DNA from: Octopus sinensis
Lineage: Eukaryota
NCBI RefSeq assembly: GCF_006345805.1
Contig: NC_042998.1
Location: 132,928,001 to 132,992,000 of the forward strand
Direction: 5' to 3'
DNA length: 64,000 nucleotides
Positions 26,563 through 39,239 of this stretch are shown here, piece by piece. The notes beneath the pieces were generated by a model that was not told where the DNA came from, searched no databases, and saw only the letters and a program-made list of their open reading frames with translations. Numbering within the stretch: the first letter of the stretch is position 1; every line of letters starts with the position of its first letter. The position numbers and the translations under genes were made by a program.

Positions 26563-28144
26563 CCGGGGGACCTAAAACTACGACCATTGTAGCTGGCCCA
26601 ACCGTGAAAACACCACAGACTAAGTCTACTTATGGACATCCTCTTGAAACCCTTCTTAAACATATCGATAGCCATATCAGAGATGACTTAGATATGTTAA
26701 ACCACCTTCCCAAAAAAACAAAGGAAGGAAGAAACAATCCTGGTTTCATTTGATGTAGTCAACTGTATACCAGTATACCTCATAATTATGGACTGGAGGC
26801 AATACAATTCTGGTTAGACCAATTTCCGGAAGAAATACAAAAAGGATCAGTAAGGAATTCATACTAAATCAATTGAATTCATCCTACACAATAACCACTT
26901 CATGTTTTACAATACATTTTTACGTCAAAATCCGGAATTGCTATGGGTACAAGGGCAAGCACCAGTCATTGCGAACTTAACAATGGGATACATGGAAATA
27001 ATCATTTACCAGGAATCTCTATCAACTTTGGAACTCCCTCTCTCAATACATAAAAGAGAATTGGAAACGATTCCTAGACGATTGTTTCATTCTCTGGATG
27101 AAAACATAGATAAACTCCTAAAATTAAAAACCTATTGAACAGCATAACCCAAATATACAGTTCACAATGGAATACAACCAAAAGGAGCTCCCGTTCTTGG
27201 TATACTAATTAAAAAATTAACCTTAAAATAGAAACAGACATTTTTTACAAAGCCACAGACGCCAAACAATACCTTCTTTTTAATTCATGCCACCCAAGAC
27301 ACACTAAAACAAACATCCCCTTCAACCTTGCAAGAGGATATGCACAATAGTGTCAGAACAAAATACCAGGAACTTTAGACTGCAAGAACTCAAAAACACC
27401 CTAATTGACAGACATTACCCAGCTCAACTCATAGAGGATGGGATCAGACGTGCAACAGAAATCAACATAGAAACTTTAAGAAAAGTTCAACACAACAACA
27501 AACACCTTCCCGAAAATACTACCTTACATATCTACATACAACCCCAGAAACAAAGAAGCCTTCACCATCATCACCCAGAATTACCAATACTTCATAAAAA
27601 ACCAAAATTAAAGGAAATTCTAAACATACACCAAATCATTAAAAGCTACAAACAGCCTAAATCACTTAAAAAAGATTCTCACAAAGGCAAAATTGTCTTC
27701 TAAAATTACGGATGCAAAAGTAAAAAAATGTGGTAGATCGAACTGTGCAACATGTCCTAACCTATTGGAAGGATCAGAATTCTTCTTTAAAGAGGGACAG
27801 AAATTTAAGATCAAATCTAACTTTACTTGTGCCTCTCTGAAAACATAATTTATGTTATTAAATGCTCGGGCTGCCATCAAGACTACGTGGGTTCCACGGG
27901 ACTATCACTCAGGCGCAGATGCACACTGCATCGACAACAGATTGCATTCCCAGAATATAGAATGATACCTTTTAGTGAGCACATTGAGAAATGCGCAAAG
28001 CAACTACTGCCACAATTTTAATCTTTCCATTTTCCAATGTGCTTTCGGATCATCAACACAATGAGACTGAACAAGGAAACATTCTTCATTGAAAAGTACA
28101 AACCCAGACTCAACCATCCGAACATACTGACACAGAGAAATTAA
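26563..28144 (+). pseudogene. Penelope-like element ORF (RT plus GIY-YIG endonuclease), 5'-truncated and frameshifted as assembled
   Basis: Across frames: LRPIVAGP; LVSFDVV.LYTSIPH; GIAMG (about 26935); KRFLDDCFILW (27065-27097); FYKATDAKQYL.F.SCHP.H; KCGRSNCATC; NIIYVIKCSGCHQDYVGST (GIY-YIG, about 27842-27898); ending FFIEKYKPRLNHPNILTQRN* (TAA at 28142-28144). Confidence 0.95.
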
Positions 28145-28281
28145 AAAGGAAAGGAAAAAAAAAATTTTAAGCGATTATCTCCCCTACACCGGAAAAAATC
28201 ACTCACTAACCTCCCCTTATTTAGAAATCTCCTGGAAATAAAAACAACGATAATTCCATGCAATTATAAACATAACGTCAC

Positions 28282-28321
28282 AAGAAATTTGAAAAGCTAC
28301 ACGCGAAACCGGTAATTTCTT
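28282..28321 (+). ncRNA. Minimal type I hammerhead fold with U3-A8 core in the PLE 3' region
   Basis: AAGAAAU-UUGAAAA-GC-UACAC-GC-GAA-ACCGGU-A-AUUUCUU: 7-bp stem I, 2-bp stem II, palindromic stem III, predicted GUA site (after 28314). It is on the sense strand 138 nt after the ORF stop. Confidence 0.75.
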
Positions 28322-28510
28322 AAAAAATTTTAAAAATTATGTCATTTTTAGGAAAGGAAAAAAAAATTTTTCCAATATTCTCCAGACATTTTGACACAAA
28401 TATATATATTTTTTAACATTTAAGCCTTCTGTCGTTTTTTCACACTTTACTATTTTCTTATATATATATACTATATATATATATATATTATATATATATC
28501 ATATATATAT

Positions 28511-28709
28511 AACGGGAAGCTCTTATGAAAATAAACAAAAGACGAAGGCAGGTGGAAAACAAACGAACCATTTATTAGTATGGCGCTCAGGAAATATAAA
28601 TAAACAAGTCTTTAACGTTCGAGCCTACGCTCTTCAACAGAAAGATACACAGAGAGAGAAAAACACAGAAAGAAGGAGAGAAAAAAAATGCGTGCAGTAG
28701 CTAACGAAT

Positions 28710-28712
<3 letters not shown>
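28511..28712 (-). mobile_element. PLE-terminus-like repeat (family P1) with a variant HHR-like motif at 28609-28645
   Basis: Homologous to 42778-42950, 43048-43180 and 60484-60665. Minus strand reads UCUUU-CUGUUGA-A-GAGC-GUAG-GCUC-GAA-CGUU-AAAGA (one core A missing). TA tracts flank it. Confidence 0.7.
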
Positions 28713-28752
<40 letters not shown>

Positions 28753-29372
28753 CATACATACATACACACTCATACACATACAAGCACGCGCACACACACA
28801 TACATCCATACATACATATAATATATATATACATACATACCTATATATATATATATATATATATATAAATTTAAACTAAGGGTAGAAATTATGTTTTGTA
28901 AAAGACAGACTATGCTGATGATCTTGCAGATATTTGCGTGTCCATATACGTAAATATTAACAAGTGAAACCAATGGTACATAGGTAATCGCTTTTTATTT
29001 CGTATATTTTCATTTGTCTTGGTTATATATATATATATATATATATATAATAAATACAGTATATGTTTTTATGTGTTACTATCCGTTTCATTCTATGAAA
29101 GCATGACAGACATTATTTTTAGCGCGTTTGGTGTCTCAGCGCAGTCTTCAGGCACTGCTCTCATGGCATAAGAAGCTAAAAATAGGTCGACAAGGAAGAT
29201 AGAATGAGAGAAAAGGTCAGAAAAGGTGAAAAAGAAGTAGGTATAAAAGGTGGAAGATTGAAAAATCGGAAAACGAAAAGGAAAGCAGAAAGAAGCAAAG
29301 CGGGATGGGGGTTGGAAATTAGAACTCCAATCTTTTTCAAGTCTAAAAACTCTAATAGAATCACACACGCAC

Positions 29373-29409
<37 letters not shown>

Positions 29410-29429
29410 CAGATAGATAGATAGATAGA

Positions 29430-29651
29430 GAGAGAGAGGAAAAGCGTAAGAAAAATGAGTGATACAGGAGAGAGAGAGAGGGAGGAAAGCGTAGGAAAAA
29501 AAATGGTGATACAAGAGAGAGAGAGAGGGGGGGAGCCTAAGAAAAAATTGGTGATACAAGAGAGAGAGAGAGAGAGAGGGGGGAAAGCGTAAGAAAAATT
29601 GGTGATACAAGAGAGAGAGAGAGGAAAAGCGTAAGAAAAAATTGGTGATAC

Positions 29652-29699
<48 letters not shown>

Positions 29700-29730
29700 C
29701 GTAAGAAAAAAAGTGAGTGATACAAGAGAG
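29430..29730. repeat. Minisatellite of about 7 units: (GA)n spacer plus gcgtaagaaaaattggtgataca
   Basis: A conserved core recurs every 35-55 nt with a variable GA run. Confidence 0.85.
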
Positions 29731-30799
29731 TGTGTGGCAAAGTGTGAAATTGAGACTAATGACGAAAACGATAGGAAGATGAGCGGTCATTATGTTTCTT
29801 CCCACCATCTCACTGAATCCCTCTCACTGATACTAGTCACTTCAGTTCTTCAAACTATGTCTCTTTCACACATACGTCCTTTCTTTACTTCATCAGACTA
29901 TAGCTATAACGGGGGCGGGGGAGGGGGAGAAGGTAAACTAGAGATTACTGAACTCCTACTTTGTTTAATATGTGTATTCCTATGATATTTGCATGCATGC
30001 GTACAGGTGCATCTTTGTGTATGTAGGTGTTTCTTGTTGTCTTTGTTTCGGAAAAATCGCAGTTCAGTTTTGACGACTTTGAAAAAAATAATTAAATATC
30101 TTTTTCAATATAGGACACTGGACAACCTTTTCTTTAATTCATAAACATTTATAAACATGCACGAAATATATTACTCGTTGTAGTAACGTTTCTCTTGAAG
30201 TTTGAAACTTTATAGCAAAGAAAAAAAAGAAAGAAAGAAAAGAAAAGAAAGAAAGAGAAAGAAAAAACATGTAAACAAACAAAAAAAAGTTGTTACTGTT
30301 TGTTTATATTTTTCTAATTTCAAAACAAAACTTTCTGTTCAAAACATTGCCTTATAGATAAAACACTTTGTCGGTTGTGATAACAAACAATTAATGTATT
30401 AATGAGTGGAACTGTTCGAAATTTTTCAATTTTCTATGTTTTTGACTGTTGCGACAAACGAATGGATTTCAAAAATACACTCTTTTTACCTTTTGTCTTT
30501 TTATTATTTTTTTCTTTCTTTTTATTTATGAGATCTGCAGCTTTACAAGATTGCGGTGTAAACATCTTGTTACACCACTGACTGCTCCACAAATGATAGA
30601 GCCTGCATATGGTGGTTCGGTATACTACAAAGAGCGACCGAATCTGTTTCGAATCAACAGGAAGGGCGCATTTGGTGATTTAGTCTTAGATGATAGTGAA
30701 AAAGCCTGAGTAGTCAAGCTTACAATGCCTTTGGGCAGTAGATTGCTTGACAAATATTGTCACGGTACTAAATAGCAATTAAAAACACAAAATTCTCTT

Positions 30800-31340
30800 T
30801 TTAAGAGAACATTCCAAATAGTGTACTACAAAGATCTTTCGTTTCACCTACTGTGATTAAGTTTTGTGGACATATTCTTCCCGCTCTCCAACAAAATGTA
30901 TCATAGCTCTGTATAAAGCCGACATCATAATTATAACTCCCACCTTTCCTTAAACTTAGTTACTCAGCAACTGAAGCACTTTATCAGCCATTTTGTATTT
31001 TTTTAAAGCAGCATCCCCATGTATGACTTATAAATTGAAAACTATTTTCTCTCGATAAGAATTGCCTAAATTGAACTTCCTAAACTGAGCGTAATAAATT
31101 TGCCTCGTGATATGCCGTGCTGACAATTCCAAACAAGGATGAAATGGCGCGATACATAGCTTACGACCACTAGAAGTTTTAAGATGTTTATAACGCATAG
31201 AAAAAGAAATATTAAATGTGTACATCCTGTAGAACTTCTTAAATTTCAAACTTCCAAACCCGCCTCTTAACTTTATCGAAAAAGGACTGTCTACCTTATA
31301 ATAGGGGATCTCCAGCGGTACACCATGTGTATAACTAAAA
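30800..31340 (-). pseudogene. Ancient, deleted Penelope-like element remnant
   Basis: Motif ghosts on minus in the correct order: HGVPLEIP (about 31310; G..MGSP); KFYRMYTF (about 31225; S.YRK.TF); GEEYVHKT (about 30870; C...YVG.T). Confidence 0.45.
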
Positions 31341-32239
31341 TGCAGTGCTCCAATAATGCATCATCCCTTTTCTTGCTAGTCTCAGTAAATAATACTGAAT
31401 GCAATCAACCATCACACTTTAAAACATAAATAATCATAAACATGGAAGACAAGTATGTTAGGAAAAAATTACATTTCGTAGCAAAGATGGAAGGGTCTCG
31501 TAGGTTGATGTTTACTTTGTATCTGTATGTGTACGTCCAGACTTGAGCAATATTTTTTCAAGAAGTTTAGCATGCCCGTCTTCTCTTTCCACGCCATCTT
31601 TGTTTATCGAAGAAAAAGACCGCCGACTTGATCCGTGACAGCATGACATCAGTGTTCGCTCATGCATAGCAGCCAGAACGCAAAAGAACTGAAACAGACA
31701 TCGCAAGGCAGTTTCCTTTAAGCTTGTGCGAGCGTACATGATTTACAGTAAGAAAAGGAAAAATAAAATGTACGAACACAAGATGTACAAGATGAAGTTT
31801 AATTAAAATTGTTCTTTAACTGATGAAATTTAAGCGACGCTTACATGCATGGATGCGCACATATTAAGGGCACCAAAAAGTAATGTCGTATTTGATGTAA
31901 TTAGTTCAATCCGCATAAAACATGTCGTAAATATATTTATTCATTCAAAATATCGTAAGCCATCGTTAGCAATAACATGTTCCCACCTCGAAACCAGTTT
32001 TTTGATTTCTCGGGCAAAGAGAGAAAGTCAGACAATCCGTAGACTGGAATACAAAAACAATTTCACTTCAATTTTACAATAACTCCCATCCACATACATA
32101 CACGTGTCTGAACCTCATACATACACACACACAGAGACACACATTTACATACACAGATACACATACACGCATATGCGCGCAGATGTTTAACTATAATACA
32201 GTTGTTTTAAAAAAGAATGCACAATATGCTAACGTCCTC

Positions 32240-32581
32240 GCTGGGCAAAATGCTTAGCGGTATTTCGTCTGCCGCTACGTTCTGAGTTCAAATTCTGCCG
32301 AGGTCGACTTTGCCTTTCATCCTTTCGGGGTCGATTAAATAAGTACCACTTACGCACTGTGGTCGATATAATCGACTTAATCCGTTTGTCTGACCTTGTT
32401 TGTCCTCTCTGTGTTTAGCCCCTTGTGGATAGTAAAGAAATAGGTATTTCGTCTATCTTTATGTTCTGAGTTCAAATTCCGCCGACGGTCGATGAAATAA
32501 GTACCAGTTGCGTATTGGAGTCAATCTAATTGACTGGCCCACTCCCCCAAAATTTCGAGCCTTGTGCATAGAGTAGAAAAG
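32240..32581 (+). mobile_element. Second dimeric SINE B (5'-truncated)
   Basis: Same junction taaagaaata|ggtatttc. A 17-bp TSD aatatgctaacg(t/c)cctc lies at 32223-32239 and 32582-32598. Confidence 0.85.
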
Positions 32582-33302
32582 AATATGCTAACGCCCTCCA
32601 TGTAACTATTCTGTCTATCTCACCTCTACATTTCTCCATTTTCGACCCCGTTTCTTAAATCAACCCACCTCTAGTTTTTAACTCTTCTTCTTTCTCCCTT
32701 CTAACTCGACATTGTCATCCCTCCACCCCGCCTCTCTCTTAATACTTGCTCAACTGTTATTCCTTCTCGTGAATGTTACCGACTGTTACTCACCTTACAT
32801 ACTATTTACATTGTAACACTTATAAGTTTGTCTGCTGTTTCAGTATTGTAATCTTATCTTAGTTGACACCTGGCGACTTCGATGGGAAATTTTCGGACAC
32901 AGCATAGAACATAGAACACCTATGCGCGCGCGTGTGTGCTTGTGTGTCCGACACGCATTGTTAGAAATGGGGGGTTCAAGGTTTTAACGCTGACCGGTTG
33001 TCTCATTCTTGCGAAAGGATTCTCCGTAATGAACTGTCTGATGATTTTGAGAAATTCATTGAAAATTCTCATTCCCACAATAAATTTTATTACACAGATA
33101 TATCCTGTATTGAGTTCTCTTGTCCTCCCCTTTCCCCCTCTCTCTTCCCTCTTTCCTCCTCTCTGTAAGCAATTGTAGTTTTATGTACAACATTTTTTCT
33201 GTTCACACACACTCATACACACACACACATATATATATATGTATGTATACATACATACACACACACTTCTACACACATGTATATATATATGTGTATAACT
33301 AA

Positions 33303-33337
<35 letters not shown>

Positions 33338-33409
33338 TATCTTTAGTTATTCATACATTCATATATATATGTATATATGTAAACTAAAGATATATATACA
33401 TATATATAT

Positions 33410-33526
33410 GTATTGGTAAAAACGGTAAAATAACAAAAGAAAGAAAGAGACCTCATATTATTTAAATAGAGGAATTTATCTGTAAAATAATATGTGACAA
33501 TTATTCAATACCCAAGATAAGACTCT

Positions 33527-33530
<4 letters not shown>
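33410..33530. mobile_element. PLE-terminus-like repeat (family P2) fragment between TA tracts
   Basis: Matches 48575-48691 (attggtaaaaa.ggtaa...aaatagaggaatttatctgtaaa..tgtgacaattattc). Confidence 0.7.
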
Positions 33531-33586
<56 letters not shown>

Positions 33587-34059
33587 AGTTATACATACAT
33601 GCAAACACACACATACACATATATATATGTATACACACACACACATATATACATATATATGTGTGTGTTTTTGAATGTATATAAGCATGTATATGTATAT
33701 ACATATATGCATCCATATACGTATATATATACATATATATATACATGTATACATTAATGTATGTATATATGTGCTTATGTATGTATTTATTGCTTCTGCC
33801 TATATGTGTGTGTATGTGTGTGTGTGTAATGTTTACATAAGAGAACCTCTGCACACGCGTAATGAACACGTAAATTTTATGCAAGAGAAAACATCAAGTC
33901 TCCCTCTTTCTCCCTTTCTCTCCCTCTCTCTTCCTCCGTCTGGCTGTCTCTCTCTATTTATCTCGCATAAAAACGCGTATGCACATATATGCCCGAAGGT
34001 TGTTCCAAGTTTCGAGTCCAACATATTTACTGACATGACAGGAGACATTGAATAGTTTC

Positions 34060-34880
34060 ATTTTAATTTTTCAACAAATATGTTTCAACAAAGTAACTAT
34101 TAACTTCAATATTTACGTATCGGTCTTACAGCTACTCAATGTCATCTCGGTAAAATTGATTGTCCTATTCAGAAAACCACTGTTTTGTAGCTGAATGAAG
34201 ATCTTCAACGCAGGAAAATTGTCTCTCCCTCAAATGGTAGATTCAAATTAGGTAACCCATGAAAACGACAGGGGAAAATGTTTGATAAATAGGCTGAATG
34301 AAGTAGTTATTCAATGAAATATTCACGAATGACAGTCTTTAACACCCGAGCATCGTAAACAGGCGCATTCAAATTTCCATGACGCTTTATTATAATGCAG
34401 TCGCCTAACCATCAAATAATAATCGCGTCATTATAATCACCTGTGATCGTTGCTTTGTGTGTTACATATTCAGCACATCCCCAGAATCTTAGAAGGCCGT
34501 GTTTCTTATCTTGTATATCCCGGACAGAAATCTGAATTTCTTGCGCAGCAGAAAATCGTTATACTTTCGCAGCTCGGGTCGTTCTTTCGGCTTGTAATCG
34601 TACTGATGGATCCACGTCTCAACTCCGGTTATTAGTCACCACTTCGGTTATTAATCCCGTGCGCATTTTTGTTCTAGTTGTCGCCCTCACTGTCTGTTCT
34701 GATCGCAGTTAGCAGTCAAGAGGCATCCTCTTGTAACGACACTCAGAGGTCCAACGTTTGATTGTTGCAAATGGAGGCAGTCCTGGTGGATCACATTTTA
34801 CATGGGATCATCGACTGTCTGTGATACAGTCTTCCCTAAAGTCAAAAATTCAATGACTGCATCATACTATAATCTCCGAT
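34060..34880 (-). pseudogene. Old mariner transposase remnant spanning most domains
   Basis: Minus strand in order: AVIEFLTLGKT; PFATIKRW; a WVPRLL-like segment; LITGVETWIHQYD (TGDETW); TAF*DSGDVL; TITGDY...IKRHGNL...YDAR; LHSAYLSNIFPCRFH (HP.YSPDLAP.DF); LRERQFSCVEDL. Confidence 0.75.
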
Positions 34881-35215
34881 TTTTTAAAAATTCCTTCTGA
34901 AATGTATTTTGCAAGAAAACAAGGGAGGGTGATGATAATGTTAAAATTCTGTGACAGCAATTCATACACACAATATTATATTAACACCCAGGCCTATTCT
35001 CCATTTTGTAGGAGTGGGTAGCCACAGCAAGACACACACCAGGCATTCCATTCATTTCCAAACTCAAAGAGGCGAGCCCCGTCCTATGCTCATGTCAAGA
35101 CATAGAACGCAACCCCAGATATCAGTAGTGGGGCCCGACAGCGTATGCTGGTTTAACCCCGCTGAATCGGATCTTTTCAATCTCAGTCACAGATTTTTTA
35201 ATTATTATTTTTTTT

Positions 35216-36028
35216 AACTAAACAGTTTGAAACTTAAGATACTGGTTGAATGAGTCACGTAGAACACGGTTTACTCTTAACGTTTTTGACAAAATTTTGT
35301 ATTTTAGAAGTTATTTCGTGTTGAATTTGTCATATTTAGGTAATTTTAACCAATCAATGACGTGTATTCAGCTGAAGAAAGTTATACTGTTTGCGAAAGT
35401 AATGGAAGAGCAACAACATCCGAGTCATCGGGTCATCTGTTTTGGACGCTGCATACATATATGTACGTAAATAGACATACACATGTATACGTATAAACAC
35501 ACACATGAAACTTTTAGAACGCTGAGGATAGGAAAAGGAGGTGGGTATGAGGAATACATAGCTTTAAGGAGGGAGGGGAATTGTGAAGTTGACGACAGTT
35601 GTTCATGCTGTCCATCACACACATACACACACACACACACATATTCATATATAAAGCTAATAAAACCCCGAATGGAAGCAAGGAAAAGGAGAGGATTTAA
35701 TTAAATTAATATACAGTGGTAGAAAATGAGTAAGATTATATAAACTGTCGTTCAGATCGTCAACACACCACCACTCTTTCCGTTCTCTCTTTTTTTTCTT
35801 TCTTTCTCTCTCTCTCTCTGTCTCTGTCTCTCTCTCTCTCTCTCTCTACAATTTGCTGGAAATAACAGCCAAGTCTCTCTCAATGTCACACGCTAACATT
35901 ATATAAACAAGCGGACACATTGGATAAGATGGAAAAAATACACACGCACACACATATGTATGTATTCACTATAAAAGAACTTTCTGTTTTTCTCACCTAC
36001 CGTTCTTATCTTTTATACTTTTCTCCCA

Positions 36029-36068
<40 letters not shown>

Positions 36069-36289
36069 TTCATGACTCGATGACCCGGAAGTTGTTGCTC
36101 TTACATTACTTTCGCAAACAGCAGTAACATTCTTCAGCTGAATATACGTCACTGATTGGTTAAAATTACCCAAATACAACTTTAACACGAGATAACTTCT
36201 AAAATACAAATTTTGTCAAAAACATTAAGAGTAAATCGTGTTCTACGGGACACATTCGATCAGTATTCGAAGTATCAAACTGTTTAGTT
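35216..36289. mobile_element. Foldback/MITE-like element with about 220-bp imperfect inverted arms
   Basis: 35216-35436 is the diverged reverse complement of 36072-36289 (ends aactaaacagtttga...tcaaactgtttagtt). The spacer is mostly low complexity. Confidence 0.75.
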
Positions 36290-36548
36290 CCGCCGAATCA
36301 TACTCGTTCCGTATCCGTTTGAGCAACATCAGTTCATTCATCCGTCCACAAACACTCTCCAAGCTTTCCTATCATCTATAAAGTCTCTGGCTTCAATCAC
36401 TCCAACACCTCTAACCATCAATACATTCTACAAGAAAAGGCAATCAAAGAAAACAATAATTTGGGATCGCTGAGAAAAGGTTCACTGGGACTCAAAACGT
36501 TTGGAACATTCCCCGATAGTGCACATGTATGTATAAATACCTGAATGC

Positions 36549-36587
<39 letters not shown>

Positions 36588-37525
36588 TATGCGCTCGCAC
36601 GTGTGATGTGTGTAAGTATTTATATACATCTGTAATTGTGCACGCGCGCATGGTCCAAGGTATTGGACTCACGATCATGAAGTGAGTTTGATTTCTAGAC
36701 CAGTGATATGTTATACCCGAAAAGAAGTCTTTTCATTTTATATTGTTCCACTCTTTCCAGCTGAAAATGAGTACCAAAGAAATGTTGGGGCAAGCCTTTC
36801 TTATTCCAGCTGTCATATTCACTGTGTTTTGGCAAGAAGAGCAAGAGAGTTTGAAGAATATCAACATGCTTAATTTGAAGGCCCTTCCCATCAACAACGT
36901 CACCTTAGAAACAACTGAATGTCATACATGTGGACAGAAGTTTCTCGTTTCGTTAAGAGGACTTCCCGATATATTAGACTGAGATGCAAAGCTTCCTAGT
37001 GTAAAATTTTAAGGAACATACCAACTACAGCGTTAATCTGCATGCAGTGTAGTACAGAAGTAGAGAATGTACTTCTCTCTCAGCTTTTTCATTCGGAGTG
37101 CTGTTCTTTTTGTACAAGGACATAATCCGGAAGATGCGAAGAAAGGCAGAGTTAGGGGAAAATGCTTTAAGTATCAACTTTTATAATAGATTAAGTGAAA
37201 TAATCAAGTTCAGTACGGTATTATATGAACATAACTGGATATCAGTACGTGCCTTAAGGAAAATGTTTTGATATGAAAAATTAAACAGTATTGTCTAATA
37301 TTGTGAATTCTGGTTCATTAAACGCCTACTGTAACAAAATCAGTTCCGAATTCTTTCCCCCATGGGTTCTATATAAGTTTCTATAACATAGCACATCCAT
37401 GGCTAGAAAATTGACTATAATATCGTGGAGTACTTAATCAAATGGCCATTCTTACTGATTGAACTCTTCATGAGAAAGAGGGAGCGTGAGGGTGTATGTG
37501 TGTGTGTGTGTGTGAGTGCGTGAGA

Positions 37526-37720
37526 GAGAGAGAGAAAGAAAAAGGATGGGAAAGAGAGAGAAAGAAAAAGGATGGGAAAGAGAGAGAAAGAAAAAGGGTG
37601 AGAAAGAGAGAGAAAGAAAAAGGGTGAGAAAGAGAGAGAAAGAAAAAGGGTGAGAAAGAGAGAGAAAGAAAAAGGGTGAGAAAGAGAGAGAAAGAAAAAG
37701 GGTGAGAAAGAGAGAGAGAG
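37526..37720. repeat. 26-bp minisatellite gagagagaaagaaaaagggtgagaaa, about 7 copies
   Basis: gggtg recurs at 37596, 37622 and 37648 (period 26). Confidence 0.9.
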
Positions 37721-38398
37721 AGCATTGAAAAGAGAGAAGTAATGGGTGGCAACTGAGATGTAGAGAAAAGAAAGCAGTAAAAATGAAAAGGAGCATGTGT
37801 GAGTGTTTGTGTGCGTGAGTGTGTGTGTTTGTGTGCATGTGTGTGTGAGTGCGCGTGTATGTGTGTGTGAGAGAGAGAGAAGAGAGAGAGAAAAAAATTG
37901 TAAGAGAATGAAACGTATGATAAAATGAAAGTGAAGACGGGAACAAATGAACGCTTCTGTGTGTATGTGTGTGTGTGTGTGTGTATGTGTGTGTGTGTGT
38001 GTGTGCATGTGTGTGTGTGTGTGTGTGTGTGTTGTGTATGTAAGTGAATTTATGATTGTACGTCTGTTGGTCAACGTATGATTATCTATGAGTATTTATG
38101 GAGATGCGTCTACGTATGCCCATGAATGTGTGTGTGTGTGGTGTGTGTGTTGTAAATGCAATTGTCCATCTCAATGAGGCTTTAAGCACATGTGTGAACA
38201 GTTGAGCTTACAATCGTTTGTGTGTATGTCTGTGTGTGTGTGTGTGTGTATGTGTGTGTGTGTGTGAATATGTGTCCTGTAGCGAGCATGTATATTCGAA
38301 ATGATCACAAGGAATGTTTATTTGGAATTGTGTGCATATAATGCAAACCTACGTGGACACTCACACACTCGCAGATATATACATACAACTGCATTGAC

Positions 38399-38435
<37 letters not shown>

Positions 38436-38484
38436 TGTAGGTGTACGTGCATCTTTGTGTGTGAAGAATCACATACTACGTGTT

Positions 38485-38518
<34 letters not shown>

Positions 38519-38617
38519 TGCATGCAGGTATTTATGTATGTACCTATCTGTCTATATATATATATATATATAATATATATATATAAACACACATATATAT
38601 ATATACCACAACACATA

Positions 38618-38682
<65 letters not shown>

Positions 38683-39239
38683 ATATATATGTATGTATGT
38701 ATGTGTGTGTACGTGTGTGTTTATCTGTATATACGCGTGAACACGCGTATATATTACAGGTCTGAAGGTCATCACATTTAAGGACAGCTAACTTCCTTTA
38801 CGAATACTCCTACCACTACCACTATTATGAATATTACCTCTTAGTCCACCACGTCATGAATCTGTCTTGATTCACCCTTTTAGCTCGGCCTTGGGCTACT
38901 TTCAGCAGTGGATCAATAAACCCGATTCCTTACATCTTTAAACCAGCGAGCTGGATAAGACAAGCTGGCTTGGAATCTCTCATGCTAAAAAGAACGAATT
39001 TCAGCTGTAGGCAAGAGTCGCTTCCTGGTTTACATGGCGTCAAACAGATTACCTTCCCACCACACACAAACACACGCACGCACACACACACGTGTATGTA
39101 TATATATATGTATATATGTATATATGCATGTATATAATTCTCTTTCAATCTCTCTCTATATATTATATATGTGTGCCTGTGTGCGCATGTGTGTGTGTGT
39201 GTACGTATGTATATATATATATATACATATATTCAAGTG

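Noticed and set aside
28905-28935. gactatgctgatgatcttgca (DYADDLA)
   Set aside because: An isolated RT-like heptapeptide with no supporting flanking motifs.
29114-29184. Minus-strand CUGAAGA...AAACGCG with flanking tatttttagc/gctaaaaata pairing
   Set aside because: G12 is missing and stem II does not pair; it cannot be called a ribozyme.
33020-33080. ctgatgattttgagaaattcattgaaaattctc
   Set aside because: Core words are present, but stem I is out of register by 5 nt and stem II is weak; it could be chance in AT-rich DNA.
29430-37720. Spaced repeats (29430-29730, 37526-37720) superficially like CRISPR arrays
   Set aside because: Spacers are simple GA runs or absent, the context is eukaryotic and there are no cas genes.
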